Positions 63,340 through 64,000 of a stretch of 64,000 nt of DNA are shown here, in pieces. This DNA comes from Owenia fusiformis. Taxonomy: Eukaryota. Location: the NCBI GenBank assembly GCA_903813345.2, contig CAIIXF020000001.1, positions 17,236,001-17,300,000 of the forward strand, in the 5' to 3' direction. A program made the translations under genes and the position numbers. The notes under the pieces are model-generated. The model saw nothing but the letters and a program-made list of their open reading frames with translations. It was not told the origin of the DNA and made no database searches. The stretch's first letter is position 1. Each line of letters begins with the position of its first letter.

Positions 63340-63952
63340 CAGGGTGGGCCAAAAAAAACGCCACTTTTTTTTCAAGACACTATTACTTTTTTATTTTCCA
63401 ACCTACATACCCCTTTTGCAGTTATACAGTGCCAAGGGTTCTAAGTAATAATATAATGTAACAAGTCCTTCAACTGAGATTATATTTGATCTAAAAGAGG
63501 AGTCCAATTGGTCCGCCACCATATTTGATGATAGATTTTAGTTTAAGTCGCCTTGCTGAAATAGCAGTATCAATGAAATGTTAGCATAATTTTTTTCACC
63601 ATGTCTTAATTGCCAGCTTTAGTTGAGCAATTTTTTAGATTGGGTGCCTTCATACCATCTCCTGGAAATCTTCCCTATACTCACTGGGGTTTGCATCAGG
63701 GCTATTGGCTTGGCGGTCATCAGGCCATATCAGTTCAGGAACATTTTGCAAATTATGCTTATTTCTCTTGGCGCACCACATGTTTAAGTGAGACGCTGGT
63801 GACATATTTTATTCAAGTAAAAGTGTATAATTCATGATCCATGGCTAGATAACAACCTCAAGTTTCATTTGCTATGCAAATTATGATTTTGCATCATAAA
63901 TTAAAAAAGTTATAGCATTTTGAAAAAAGTGGCGTTTTTTTGGACCACCCTG
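63340..63952 (-). mobile_element. Internally deleted Tc1/mariner element
   Basis: TA|CAGGGTGGGCCAAAAAAAACGCCACTTTTTT ... AAAAAAGTGGCGTTTTTTTGGACCACCCTG|TA. Minus-strand remnant PELIWPDDRQANSPDANPSEY (about 63677-63739) resembles the WPxNSPDLNPxE motif. Confidence 0.88.
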
Positions 63953-64000
63953 TATATCAGCTAATCTTATCATTGTAACATGGACAGAAGCTACAGAATT

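Overview
AT-rich, intron-containing animal genomic DNA, probably an invertebrate. The repeat types are compatible with a lophotrochozoan, but the species cannot be determined from this window. Three host gene models can be assembled by hand from GT-AG sites with matching phases. (1) A + strand C2H2 zinc-finger repressor (14005-26057, 5 coding exons, 548 aa, 7 fingers, Fez/Gfi-like). Its short first coding exon carries a SNAG motif (MPRVFLCRK) that the ORF track misses. (2) A + strand type-I membrane protein (28529-40836, 17 exons, 929 aa): signal peptide, tandem Cys-rich EB/EGF-like modules, ZP module, RRKR cleavage site and transmembrane helix. (3) A - strand secreted protein (56742 to at least 52677): signal peptide, Ly6/uPAR three-finger domain, RIKR site and about 24 copies of a 20-aa Asp/Lys-rich repeat, probably spliced on to TSP1 and PAN/apple exons (48038-44550). 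The second coding intron of the zinc-finger gene holds a Kolobok-type DNA transposon with two intact, divergent ORFs: a DDE transposase and a KolX/P2X7-C-terminus-like protein. The rest is dense with MITEs and foldback elements, decayed LINE fragments and a Helentron/HINE-like element. No rRNA, tRNA or CRISPR features were seen. All homology calls come from motif recognition by eye; no searches were run.
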